64,000 nucleotides of DNA. Source: an uncultured beta proteobacterium. GTDB taxonomy: Bacteria > Pseudomonadota > Gammaproteobacteria > Burkholderiales > Gallionellaceae. The notes below the pieces were generated by a model that was not told the DNA's origin, ran no database searches, and was given only the letters and a program-made list of their open reading frames with translations. Position numbers and translations under genes: made by a program. The stretch's first letter is position 1, and each line of letters opens with the position of its first letter. Where the stretch lies: NCBI GenBank assembly GCA_963714805.1, contig CAVQPO010000001.1:21576-85575 (forward strand). The letters are read 5' to 3'. This document shows, in pieces, positions 28,871-39,296 of this stretch.

Positions 28871-29858
28871 GAACAAATCTCCTGATTGATGGGCTGAGAG
28901 ACGCGATTTGCTGCGACCGTTTTGTTGCGAACTGAAATCAGATGAGCGAGGATAGCCACCGCGATCTCCGGCGGTGTGCGACTGCCTATGCTCAAGCCTA
29001 CAGGCCCATGCAATCGGGCGATTTCCTGCGGGGTGAGATCAAACAATGCCAGCCGCTCGCGACGCTTGGCATTGTTGGCTTGGGAACCCAGCGCGCCGAC
29101 ATAGAACGCCGGCGATTTTAGCGCTTCCAGCAATGCCATGTCATCCAGCTTTGGATCATGGGTAAGCGCAATGATGGCGGTACGGGCATCGACTTGCAGT
29201 GCCAGCACCGCATCGTCGGGCATCTCGCCCAGCATAACCGTATCCGGCACATCCCAGGTCTGGCGCATTTCCTGGCGCGGATCGCAAACGATAACCTGAT
29301 AATCCAACGCCTGCGCCATGCGTGCAAGATAACCGGAAGTCTGTCCGGCGCCGATGATGAGCAGCCGCCAGCGCGGGCCGTGTACCGTAGTCAGCGATGC
29401 GCCGTCAAAGGCAAGATTTGTCGGTATTGCCGGCTTCGCCCAGCAACGACCTGCAATGAATTGAAATGCAACGTACGTCTGACCAGTCGGTGTGCTTGAA
29501 TCAGTTGCAGGACTTGCTCCACCCAATCCGCGTTTTGAACCGGTTCAATGACCAAGCGCATGGCACCGCCGCACGGCAACCCGAAACGCTGGGCTTCTTC
29601 GCGCGTTACTCCATAGTTCAGCACTTCACAGCGGTCGCTTGAAAATTGGCCGCTCTCCGCACGCAGAACGAGATCATCTTCAATACAGCCACCCGACACC
29701 GAACCAACCACCAAGCCGTCGCCGCGCAAGGCAAGCATGGCACCCTGCGGGCGCGGGCTGGAGCCGAAGGTTTCCACCACCGTAACCAGCCATAGCGGAA
29801 GCTTCGCTGCCTGCCATTCCAGCAGAGTTTTGAGTACTGAAAGATCAACGCTATCCAT
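28867..29858 (-). pseudogene. XdhC/CoxI-family Mo-cofactor insertion chaperone, one frameshift
   Basis: N-terminal half is in ORF 29391-29858 and the Rossmann half (RLLIIGAGQTSGYLA) is in ORF 28867-29526. The junction at about 29400-29470 is consistent with a 1-nt deletion. Confidence 0.75.
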
Positions 29859-29918
29859 CGTACCTCCTTGTTCCGATTATTCAGCGGAATGAGATCAGGA
29901 CACCTCTAAGGGTAAAAC

Positions 29919-30746
29919 TCAGAATGCGTATCCTAACCCAAGTTTAAACACGGTGTAATTGGTATTGCTGTCCGGCTCAAACGAACCTACATTGACCGGA
30001 ACGACATGGCTGATGCCATACTTGAAGTTCATAAAATCAACCCCGGCGTTCGCATGGTAGTCTTTCGTAATTGCATAATCTGCGGCCAAACCCACTTTGT
30101 AGATGATCGAATTACCCAGTGACACCGAGAACCCGGTCAGGCCGGGGCCGGAATTTACGCTAATGGAAGAGCCCTCTGTACCTCCCAGCATGAGATTAGC
30201 TGTAACAACCAGCTCGCTGACAGGCGAGAATTGACCCAGCGCCCCCACCCCGAACCAATTGTTGGTATAAGTCTCACCGCTATTAACTCCACGATACCAT
30301 TTGTGGGAGGCTAGTTCAGCGTAGGGCGTCAGCATAAAATTGTCATGGAGCAGAAAAGCTTTTCCAAAACGGCTGCTGAAATTAGCTAATGTTGCGGAAG
30401 AACTACTGACCACGGAGCCAAATGTCCCTCCGCTTGCATTCATTCCTATGTACTTCGTAGCGCCATTGGATTGGTCGTACTCGGCTTCGGCATAGTAATG
30501 ACTTGCCCCTCTATCCATCCACGACAGGGACAAGGCAAAACCGGGGACATTTCCCGATTCCGTGTTAAGCGTTCCCGTCGCTGTGCTAGCTGGATTTGTT
30601 CCAGTTTCCATGTAATCGACATGCGTCAATAATTTCTGGATCACTACTTGGTTGTTGGATGCCTCAATGTCGGACGATCCGGCAAATGAAGTCGTTGCAG
30701 AAGCCAAGCTCAAGATCGCCATTACCGCTAAAGAAATTCTCTTCAT
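29919..30746 (-). CDS. Outer-membrane beta-barrel protein
   Basis: Signal peptide ending SFA, alternating beta pattern, and a C-terminal ...LGLGYAF. Confidence 0.6.
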   Translation of the reverse strand: MKRISLAVMAILSLASATTSFAGSSDIEASNNQVVIQKLLTHVDYMETGTNPASTATGTLNTESGNVPGFALSLSWMDRGASHYYAEAEYDQSNGATKYIGMNASGGTFGSVVSSSSATLANFSSRFGKAFLLHDNFMLTPYAELASHKWYRGVNSGETYTNNWFGVGALGQFSPVSELVVTANLMLGGTEGSSISVNSGPGLTGFSVSLGNSIIYKVGLAADYAITKDYHANAGVDFMNFKYGISHVVPVNVGSFEPDSNTNYTVFKLGLGYAF

Positions 30747-30783
30747 TGTGTCTCAGTTAGTTATAAAGTTAAAAACATGCCAG

Positions 30784-33340
30784 TTACACCGATTGTAGCA
30801 CCCGCAACGGCGATATTTGCGTCACGCGCCGCGTTGCCAACCACCCCGCCAGCGTCACCGCGACCATCCCGCCACCCGTCCCGACCAGCCAGATCAGCGC
30901 GCCGGGATGATAAGGAATTTCCAGCACTTTGATCGCCAGCACCCATCCCAGTAATTCGGCGCCCCCGGCAGCGAACAGCCCGCTCAATGCTCCCAACGTG
31001 GCGAATTCCGTCAAGTGCAAACGCCGCAGATAATGGCTGTCCGCACCCAAGGTGCGCAGGATGGCGGTTTGATGGTTGCGTTCGTCCTGTGTTGAGAGCA
31101 GCGCAGCATACAGCACGGCCATGCCGCTCAACAGGGTGAACAAAAACACTGCGCTCATGGCCTGCGCAATCTGATCCATGATATGGCGTAGCTGCTCGAT
31201 CATCGCCTCGGTGTCGATCAGCAGCAGGTTGGGGAAATTTTTGATCAGCGCATTCGCCGCCTGCGTTTTGTCCGTCGGCAAATGAAAACTGGTGATGTAA
31301 CTGGCCGGAAAATTTTCCAGCATGCCCGGCGCGGCGATCACGAAAAAATTCACCTGCATGGAATCCCACTGCACCTTGCGCAGGTTCACCACCCGCGCGC
31401 TGAATTGGCTGCCCGCCACATCGTAGGTCAGCGTGTCGCCCATATGTATCCCCAACGTCTTGGCGATGCCTTCCTCCACCGACAGTACTCCAGTTGCGGG
31501 AACTGAACTTGTGGGAGCGGCCTCCCGGCCGCGATTCGATTCTTCGCGGCCGGGAGGCCGCTCCCACTGGAATGAATTAGCTTGCACTGAAGAATTCCAC
31601 CACTCTCCCTGCACCAGTTCATTCCCTTTGGGCAAATGATCCAACCAGGATAAATTGGTTTCACGCTCCACCAGTCCGCGTGCGCGCGGATCGGGGTAAT
31701 CGTCGCCACTGACCGGGCGCTGGTTGATCGCCACCAGGCGTCCGCGCACCATGGGGAATAATTCCGGCGATGGCAATTGCTGCCGCGCGAAAAAATCCAG
31801 CACCGCTGCGCGCTGGTCGGGCTGGATGTTTACGATAAAACGGTTCGGAGCATCCGGCGGCAGGCGCGAACGCCAACTGTCCATCAGCTCGGCACGCACG
31901 AAGGTGAGCAGCAGCAAGGCCATGCCGCCCAGGCTGAGCGCGACGATTTGCACGGCGTTGCTGCGCCCGTGTCGCGCCAGATTGTAGAAGGCATGAATCC
32001 CCGACTTGGACAAAGCACGCAACACCAGCCACGCCAGCAAACCGAACAGCAGCAACCCCGCCACCAAGCCAGCCAGCACCGTTAGCCCCAGTTTGAGCGA
32101 ACCGGCCTGCCACAGAAACAGGATACACAGCACGGCCCCGCCGCAGGCATATAACAATCCGGTGCTCGCTTCCGGTGCGCCCAGTTCGCGGCGGATCACG
32201 CGTAGCGGCGAAACGCTTTTCAATTGCCACAGCGGCAGGAAGACGAAACCCAGCAACAACGCCATGCCACTGGCAGCGGCCTGCCACAAGGGCATCCAGC
32301 CGGGCGACGGTAAATCGGCATCGCGCATCGAAGCGATGGATTGCACCAGCACGGCCTGCGCCGCATAGCCCAGCAGCCCGCCCAACAGCACGGCGCATAC
32401 GCCAAGCAACAGGAACTGGAACAGAAAGATGCGCAACACCTGCACCTGAGCGGCCCCCAGACAACGCATCATCGCGCAGGCATCCAGATGGCGGGCAATG
32501 AAATGCCGCGCCGCTAACGCCAATGCAACGCCCGCCAGCACCACGGCGGTGAGCGCAGCCAGCCCGAGAAAATGTTCGGCGCGCTCCAGAGCGATGCGGA
32601 TTTCAGGACGCGCATCGCGCACATCCTCCAGTTTCTCGCTGATGGTCAGCCGACTTTGCAACCATGAACGCAGATCGGCCACCTGCTTGCGCTTCGCCCG
32701 CCACCACCAAACGGTAGCCGATACGGCTGCCTTCCTGTACCAATCCGCTGGCGGGTAAATCTTCCGCATTCAAGATCACGCGCGGCGCAAAACTGGCAAA
32801 GCCTACCGACTGATCCACGAAACGCACCACACGCGCCGCCACCTTCAAATGCAACTCACCGACGCCTACCTCGTCGCCCAGTTGCAACTCCAAGCGCTGC
32901 ATCAGCCGCGTATCCGCCCACAGCGTGCCGCGCGCAGGAATTGTACTATTTTCGTTTTTAATAACATGCTGCGCGCCATCATCGATGACGATCTTGCCGC
33001 GCAAGGGATACCCTTGCTCCACCGTCATGATGTCTGCCAGAAGATTGTCATTCTTGCCTGCCACCATGCTGGGAAAAGCATCCGAGCCGATAACGCGCAA
33101 CCCGCGCTGCCGTGCAGCCTCGCGGTAGGCGGGCGGCAATGGGCGCGTCGATGAAACGCGCAAGTCCGCGCCGAGCAAACTGGTCGCCTCCTGTTGCAAC
33201 GCCAACCGCACCCGATCCGCGAACAGACCTACCGTAGCCATACTGCCCACGGCCAGCACCAGCGCCACCAGCAGCACGCGCCATTCCCCCGCGCGCCAGT
33301 CGCGGCGGAGAAGATTGAGGGAAAGATAGATGAGATTCAT
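30784..33340 (-). pseudogene. YbbP-like FtsX-domain ABC transporter permease (about 850 aa) with one frameshift and an in-frame palindromic-element insertion
   Basis: N-terminal part is in ORF 32603-33451 (true start MNLIYLSLNLLRRDW at 33340, ATGA overlap with mnmC) and the rest is in ORF 30784-32769. The junction near 32689 (gcg-c-aag) is fixed by removing one base. Confidence 0.75.
31511..31567. repeat. 57-bp REP-like palindrome, family B, inside the permease CDS
   Basis: GTGGGAGCGGCCTCCCGGCCGCGA-ttcgattct-TCGCGGCCGGGAGGCCGCTCCCAC. Length is 19 codons and it translates in frame as WERPPGREESNRGREAAPT. Confidence 0.7.
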
Positions 33341-35142
33341 TTTCTGTTCATTGTAAATATTGGCGACAGTTGTCCGCATATCATCGCCGCGATTATTTCC
33401 CCGGACAATCCTGCGGTGAGCAGACCGCGCGTGCCATGCGCCAAGCTGCAATATAGCCCCTCCTGCACCTTGCCCACCAATGGCATCGCGCCGGGTGCCG
33501 AACAGCGTACCGATGCCCTGCCAGCCAACCGCCCAATATCGACTTCTCCCAACGCTTCGCGCAAGGCTGGTGCGTGCGCAGCCAACTTCGCCAAATTGTC
33601 GGCATGGTCGGATACTCTCACCTCGATCGACTCATCATTGAAAGCATGCGTCGCCCCGGTCACATGCATGCCCTCCAGCGCCGACGCACAATACCCCTCG
33701 CCGCACACAATTGCCCGCAATGACCGACTGGCAGCCGTCGCGGGTAACAGCGTAACCTGTCCGCGCACCGGTGTCAGCGGAAAATCGGCGAAGGGTTTCA
33801 ATGCCAGCGCCGAATGGGCGCAGCATACGACCACCGCCTCTGCCTCAATGCTCCATATTGCGCCACACCCATCGATTCCTGCCACGCACCAGCCCGCATC
33901 TTTCTGCGTCAAGGTCTCCACCGTGTGGCCCAAACGTTGCTCGATGCGCGCGTCGTCCGCCAGCCGCGCGCACAATGCGGGCGGCACGAGCCAGCCACCG
34001 CCGGGAAACCATAGGCCGCCGTGTGCCATCTGCATTCCCGCCAGCTCCGTCGCCTGCGCGGCATCGACGAAGCGCAGCAGATGCGCAGGCCATTCGCGTT
34101 CGGCGAGACGTGCGATGCGCTTGCTCTCGTTCGGCGAAAAGTCCAGTTGCAGCAGGCCGCATTCAGCCCGTAATTCTCCATCCACCGGCAACACGCTATC
34201 AAACAGCGCCAGCGCGTGCCCGTAAGCTGCCAGCACGAAGCGATGCATCTGATTGTCGCCCGCGCCGAAGCGTGCGTGCAGAATGCCGCGCGCATTGCCC
34301 GATGCCGCACTCGCCAATTGCGGCGCACGCTCCAGCAATGTCACGGACACCCCGCGTGCGGCCAAGGCATGTGCCGCCGCGCAGCCAGCCACCCCGCCGC
34401 CAATAACGATGACGCTTTGCGGTGTGCGTCTTCTCTGCTCTATTACAGTGCGTGAAGAAATTTCGCCGCGCGTCATCTCGCGCTTGCGCCCATAGCCGGG
34501 CACTCTCTCTACCGTAAATCCTGCTTGAAGTAAACCGCGCCGCACCCAACCCGCACTGGTATAGGTCGCCAGCGTCGCTGCGGGACTGGATGCGCGCGCG
34601 ATGCCGGACAGAACTTCGTCGCCCCACATTTCGGGGTTCTTCGCCGGAGAAAAGCCATCAAGGAACCATGCATCCACCACCCCGTCTTGCAGTTGCGGCA
34701 GCACCTCGGCAACATCGCCAATTGCCAGCGTTAGCCGCACCCGCCCACCGGCAAACGACCAGCGGTTCCAGCCCGGCACACGTCGTCGCCAGCATTTCAG
34801 CAGAGCCACAGCGTAGGTGTCCAATTCCGGCCACAACGCCAGCGCGACGCGCAATTCATCATCATCCAGCGGAAATTTTTCGATGCTGAAGAAATCCAGA
34901 CTCGCCCCCGGCTGCGCGACCCGCTCAAACAATTGCCATGCGCAAAGAAAATTCAGCCCCGTGCCGAAGCCCGTCTCTCCGATGGTGAAACTTTCGCCGG
35001 CAGACAACGCAGCAAAGCGCTCCTCCAGCCGGTTGCCTTGTAGAAACACATGGCGTGTTTCTTCCAGTCCCGAATCGGTGGAAAAATACACATCGCCGAA
35101 GCGTGATGAGAACGGCAAGCCATCTTGCCAATCGAGCGTCAT
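33337..35142 (-). CDS. mnmC: Bifunctional tRNA mnm5s2U34 methyltransferase / FAD-dependent cmnm5s2U oxidoreductase
   Basis: 601 aa. N-terminal SRFGDVYFS...GETGFGTGLNF and C-terminal FAD domain VIVIGGGVAGCAAA. Confidence 0.9.
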   Translation of the reverse strand: MTLDWQDGLPFSSRFGDVYFSTDSGLEETRHVFLQGNRLEERFAALSAGESFTIGETGFGTGLNFLCAWQLFERVAQPGASLDFFSIEKFPLDDDELRVALALWPELDTYAVALLKCWRRRVPGWNRWSFAGGRVRLTLAIGDVAEVLPQLQDGVVDAWFLDGFSPAKNPEMWGDEVLSGIARASSPAATLATYTSAGWVRRGLLQAGFTVERVPGYGRKREMTRGEISSRTVIEQRRRTPQSVIVIGGGVAGCAAAHALAARGVSVTLLERAPQLASAASGNARGILHARFGAGDNQMHRFVLAAYGHALALFDSVLPVDGELRAECGLLQLDFSPNESKRIARLAEREWPAHLLRFVDAAQATELAGMQMAHGGLWFPGGGWLVPPALCARLADDARIEQRLGHTVETLTQKDAGWCVAGIDGCGAIWSIEAEAVVVCCAHSALALKPFADFPLTPVRGQVTLLPATAASRSLRAIVCGEGYCASALEGMHVTGATHAFNDESIEVRVSDHADNLAKLAAHAPALREALGEVDIGRLAGRASVRCSAPGAMPLVGKVQEGLYCSLAHGTRGLLTAGLSGEIIAAMICGQLSPIFTMNRK

Positions 35143-35330
35143 GGAAAAAATTGGGTTATCAAATAAGAGCGGCGCAGTCTAGCAGACCTGCCGAACATGA
35201 GGTGCAGGAAAGGAAATTTTGCTGTCCTGCTTCACGCTTAACCTTACCTGTCAGGATAGTGATACTATTATTTGGGAAGTACCAAAGTTGCAACTCGGCA
35301 ATAAATTTCTCAGCAGAGGAGTGATGCAAT

Positions 35331-35882
35331 ATGCAAACCATGTCCGCTGAGCGCGGAAAAATTCTTCTCCCGATTGCGCGCGCCGCAATTTCCTGCGCCC
35401 TGAACGTGCCTGCCACAGCAGATGAAACCGCTCCGTGGCTTACCGAGCCAGGCACCTGCTTCGTCACCCTCACCCAGCACGGCGAATTGCGCGGCTGCAT
35501 CGGTTCGCTGCAAGCCTACCGCCCCTTGCTCGATGACGTGAAGAGCAATGCCGTGTCCGCCGCCCTGCGTGACCCGCGCTTTATGCCGCTGAGCGCGGCG
35601 GAACTCGACATTACCAAAGTCGAGATTTCTCTGCTGTCGCCGCCACAAACGATGACCTTCCAGAACGAGGCCGATGCACTGGCGCAATTGCGCCCCAATG
35701 TGGATGGCGTAATATTACAGTATGGTTCTTATCGCAGCACCTTTCTGCCACAGGTATGGGAACAGTTGCCGCAGCCGCACGAGTTTATGGCGCACCTGAA
35801 ACACAAGGCAGGGTTGCCGGTAGATTTCTGGTCGCCTGAGGTAAAGCTTTCGCGCTATACCGTGGAAAAATGGAAGGAGTGA
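35331..35882 (+). CDS. AmmeMemoRadiSam system protein A (AMMECR1 domain)
   Basis: CFVTLTQHGELRGCIGSL motif. Confidence 0.8.
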   Translation: MQTMSAERGKILLPIARAAISCALNVPATADETAPWLTEPGTCFVTLTQHGELRGCIGSLQAYRPLLDDVKSNAVSAALRDPRFMPLSAAELDITKVEISLLSPPQTMTFQNEADALAQLRPNVDGVILQYGSYRSTFLPQVWEQLPQPHEFMAHLKHKAGLPVDFWSPEVKLSRYTVEKWKE

Positions 35883-35891
35883 ATCTAAATT

Positions 35892-36993
35892 ATGGACGCC
35901 CCCATACTCCCAGATGAACGCCATCCGGCCAAGCACTGGCACCAGTTGGATGATGGACGCCTGCAATGCGACATCTGCCCGCGCGACTGCAAACTGCGAC
36001 GAGGGACAGCGCGGTTCCTGCTTCGTGCGCGGCATGGCGGATGGGCAGATGGTGCTCACCACTTATGGCCGCTCATCCGGCTTCTGCATCGACCCCATCG
36101 AGAAAAAACCGCTCAACCATTTCTATCCCGGCAGCAGCGTGTTTTCGTTTGGCACCGCCGGCTGCAACCTAGCCTGCAAATTCTGTCAGAACTGGGACAT
36201 TTCCAAATCGCGCGACATGGATCGCCTGATGGATCACGCTTCGCCCAAGGCCATCGCGCAGGAGGCCAGGAGGCACGGCAGCAAGAGCGTGGCCTTTACC
36301 TACAACGACCCGGTGGTGTTCTTCGAATATGCGCTGGACACGGCGGACGCCTGCCATGAGCAAGGGCTGAAAACCGTGGCCGTAACCGCCGGTTACATCC
36401 ATGATGCGCCGAGGCGCGAGTTCTACGTCAAAATGGATGCCGCCAATATCGACCTCAAGGGTTTCACCGAAGAATTCTACGTCAAGCTCACCAGCGCACA
36501 TTTGCAACCGGTGCTGGATACGCTGGCTTACGTCCACCACGAAACGGATTGCTGGCTGGAGATCACCACTTTGCTCATCCCCGGCTACAACGATTCCGAT
36601 ACGGAACTTGCCGCGCTGTCAAAGTGGGTGATGCAGGAATTGGGACCGGACGTGCCGTTACACTTTTCCGCCTTTCATCCGGACTGGAAGATGCCGGACG
36701 TATCGCCCACCCCGCCCGCCACCCTGACCCGCGCTCGCCGCATCGCGCTGGATGCCGGGCTGCACCACGTCTATACCGGCAACGTGCATGACACCGATGG
36801 CGGCACCACGTTTTGCGCCTCGTGCCACACCCCGCTCATCGTGCGCGACTGGTATCAGATCAACGAATATCACCTGACGGAAAATGGAACCTGCCCACAG
36901 TGCAAAACCGCATTGGCGGGACATTTCGGAAGATTCGAGAAACAACATGGAAGGCAACGCATTCCGGTTGCCGTGGCAACTGCGCATCGATGA
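35892..36993 (+). pseudogene. AmmeMemoRadiSam system radical-SAM enzyme, frameshift near 35998-36001
   Basis: N-terminus (MDAPILPDERHPAKHWHQLDDGRLQCDICPRDCKLR) is in ORF 35892-36359 and the rest (EGQRGSCFVRG...CNLACKFCQNWD) is in ORF 35914-36993. Removing one c from cgaCgag restores the frame. Confidence 0.8.
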
Positions 36994-37034
36994 GAAACAT
37001 CATGCAGCCAAACGCTCCACTCTGTTAGATAGTT

Positions 37035-37111
37035 CCCTCATCCCTGACCCTTCTCCCGGAGGGAGAAGGAAACAAACTACCTCTCCCTCCGGGAGAGGGT
37101 TGGGGTGAGGG
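37035..37111. repeat. GC-rich nested palindromic element (outer stem plus two hairpins), family A
   Basis: CCCTCATCCC ... CCTTCTCCCggaGGGAGAAGG ... CCTCTCCCtccGGGAGAGG ... GGGGTGAGGG. Confidence 0.5.
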
Positions 37112-37230
37112 AGCATCCGTATTCAGCTTGTCTCACAGAATGGTTTTACCTGTGCTCTGAATCTCAAAGGCTCATTGCATTGTGAGTACATATGGCGCAC
37201 AATTCTGCCATCAAACTTTGGGAGCACAAC

Positions 37231-37512
37231 ATGAAAACCGCAACGCTCAAGGAAAGCCGCCTGAATATTCGCTGCGACAGCCACACGCGCCAATTGCTGG
37301 ATAAGGCAGCCAGTTATGCGCACGTCAGCATTTCCGAGTTCGTCCTGTCGAATGCATTGGCATCCGCCGAGCGAGTGGTACAGGAACATGAATCAATCAC
37401 GCTGCATCCAAAAGATTTCGAGGCGTTTCTGGCAGCGCTGGATGCACCGACCAAACCCAATGCAGCACTGAAGCGCGCTTTCAAACGTCACACCGATCAA
37501 GTTCGCCGTTGA
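37231..37512 (+). CDS. DUF1778 (TacA-like) RHH antitoxin
   Basis: KESRLNIRCDSHTRQLLDKAASYAHVSISEFVL pattern. 4-nt overlap with the GNAT gene. Confidence 0.7.
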   Translation: MKTATLKESRLNIRCDSHTRQLLDKAASYAHVSISEFVLSNALASAERVVQEHESITLHPKDFEAFLAALDAPTKPNAALKRAFKRHTDQVRR

Positions 37513-38009
37513 TGGCTTTTTACATCAGGCCGTTTGATGCGTCCTTCAACGCCGAGAGTTTCCAGTGCGGTCAAGAGCCTCTGGATGAATATATCCGTCG
37601 CTATGCATCACAAGACGTGCGCAGAAATGTGGCACGAGTTTTTATTGCCACACCGGAGAATGATCCGCAGCAACTGGCTGGATTTTTCACTCTGAGCGCG
37701 GGCAGCGTAAGCTGTACCAGCCTCCCGGCATCTTTGGCGCGGAAACTTCCCCGCTATCCGGTGCCGGTTGCACTGATCGGTCGGCTGGCCGTGGATAAAA
37801 GATTTCAGAGCAAGGGATTGGGTTCAATCCTGCTTGCCGATGCATGTAAAAAAGTCGCGCAAGCCAGTTCTGTTTTGGCCGTGGCCGGAATTATCGTCGA
37901 TGCAAAAGATGACCTAGCCATATCGTTTTATAAGCACTTTGGTTTCATCCCGCTGCAAGGACAAACAGACAGGATGTTGCTACCCGCTTCTGTGTTTCAA
38001 GCAAAATAG
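37509..38009 (+). CDS. GNAT-family acetyltransferase toxin (TacT-like)
   Basis: 166 aa. FQCGQEPLDEYIRRYASQD and RLAVDKRFQSKGLGSILL (acetyl-CoA motif). Confidence 0.75.
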   Translation: MMAFYIRPFDASFNAESFQCGQEPLDEYIRRYASQDVRRNVARVFIATPENDPQQLAGFFTLSAGSVSCTSLPASLARKLPRYPVPVALIGRLAVDKRFQSKGLGSILLADACKKVAQASSVLAVAGIIVDAKDDLAISFYKHFGFIPLQGQTDRMLLPASVFQAK

Positions 38010-38149
38010 TCCGGCCAGAATATCAATCTTGATAATGCAGCAGGTACGCTTTATCATGCCCGGACATTCTCATTGAATGACAATGACCGCATTTATCAGG
38101 ATCGCATCCGTAAAACATATGAGTGTATTGAATCTCTTGGTGAGCTAAT

Positions 38150-38455
38150 ATGTTGCTGGTTTATCAGTTTGACTGGGATCCGAACAAGGCGCGCATTAAT
38201 CTGAAAAAGCATCGAGTATCTTTCCTGCTGGCGATGTCTGTATTTCATGACCCGTTGTCGATCACAATATTTGATGAGGCACACAGCGAAAATGAAGAAC
38301 GTTGGGTGACGGTGGGCAAGGCAGAGAACGGGCAAACTTTGGTGATAGTGCATACCTTCCAGTTAATCTCTGCCAAGGAGGCAAAACTGCGTATTATTAC
38401 GGCGCGTAAGGCTGACAAGCAGGAACGTCTGGATTATGAAGGATTGCCGCGTTAG
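38150..38455 (+). CDS. brnT: BrnT-family (DUF497) toxin
   Basis: FDWDPNKARINLKKHRVSF...ERWVTVG...RIITARKA. Confidence 0.8.
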   Translation: MLLVYQFDWDPNKARINLKKHRVSFLLAMSVFHDPLSITIFDEAHSENEERWVTVGKAENGQTLVIVHTFQLISAKEAKLRIITARKADKQERLDYEGLPR

Positions 38456-38481
38456 CGGCTCACAAATGTTAAGGATAAGAC

Positions 38482-38682
38482 ATGAAAGATCATTACGATT
38501 TCAGCAAGGGTGTAAGGGGGAAATTTTACAGCCGAAATGCAGCGCTTAAGCCCCCCGTTTATCTGGATGAACAGGTGCAAGCCTATCTGACTGCGCGCGC
38601 AGAGGCAAAAGGTATTGATCTATCCGATCTTGTCAACATTATGCTCATGCGTGACATCGAAATTATTGAGGCGGTTAAATAA
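38482..38682 (+). CDS. BrnA-like antitoxin
   Basis: MKDHYDFSKGVRGKFY N-terminus typical of partners of DUF497 toxins. Lies 27 nt after brnT. Confidence 0.55.
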   Translation: MKDHYDFSKGVRGKFYSRNAALKPPVYLDEQVQAYLTARAEAKGIDLSDLVNIMLMRDIEIIEAVK

Positions 38683-38772
38683 AATCCCCTCAGTCCAATA
38701 GGCACACCGTACCCGCACGGATATTGAGTATTGCAACACTACAGAGCTAGACCTGCCCCCTTCGTTTCATTG

Positions 38773-38984
38773 CCATTTTCTGAAACTGCGCGATTATCAG
38801 AGTGTGCGCATTATGACACCTGCACAGGCGATGCAATTTCTCGTGACACCATAATTGCTCATCAACCCAATGTGTAGCTCGGATGAAACGTAGTGGAATC
38901 CGGGAGCGCCCGTCAGGGCGCAGAGGTTGTCTCAACATTCAATGGAGTGCCATGAATCCCGGATTCCATTGCATTGCATCCGGG
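38773..38984 (+). repeat. About 210-bp direct repeat, copy A (3' end of a PIN gene plus a structured palindromic element)
   Basis: Aligns base-for-base, with scattered mismatches and a 5-nt GCATT duplication, to 39216-39422. Confidence 0.8.
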
Positions 38985-38993
38985 CTACGCTCG

Positions 38994-39296
38994 CTGGCGG
39001 CAGAACTACGCGAGATTTTGGCTCGTCCGCATTTAGCGGCAAAACTGGAAGAACAAGGCACCACGCCAGATGCGTTAATGGCGCTGTATCTGGACTTCGC
39101 TCTGGCAGTATCGCCGCTTTCTGTTCCGCGCGCCGTACCCGATGACCCCGACGATGATCATGTGATTGCTTGCGCGCTGGCCGCCAAAGCAGATGTTATT
39201 GTTTCCGGTGATCGGCATTTACTGAAACTGCGCGAATATCAGGGTGTGCGCATTATGACACCTGCACAGGCGATACAATTTCTCGTGACGCCATAA
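38994..39296 (+). pseudogene. PIN-domain toxin (TIGR00305-like), N-terminally truncated
   Basis: LAAELREILARPHLAAKL...DDPDDDHVIACALAAKADVIVSGDRHLLKL...IMTPAQAIQFL. The N-terminal catalytic part is replaced by repeat sequence. A second 3' fragment lies at 38775-38852. Confidence 0.55.

Noticed and set aside
33194-34406. Long plus-strand ORFs (343 aa, 211 aa and others) opposite mnmC
   Set aside because: They are antisense to a well-supported 601-aa mnmC in a very GC-rich stretch. Their products are Arg/Ala/Pro-rich and low in complexity, which is typical of shadow ORFs.
38883-38993. N-terminal part of ORF 38883-39296 and ORFs 38747-38938 and 39239-39427
   Set aside because: They translate the structured palindromic repeat (..SGIRE.., ..RFIRAT..) rather than a protein domain.
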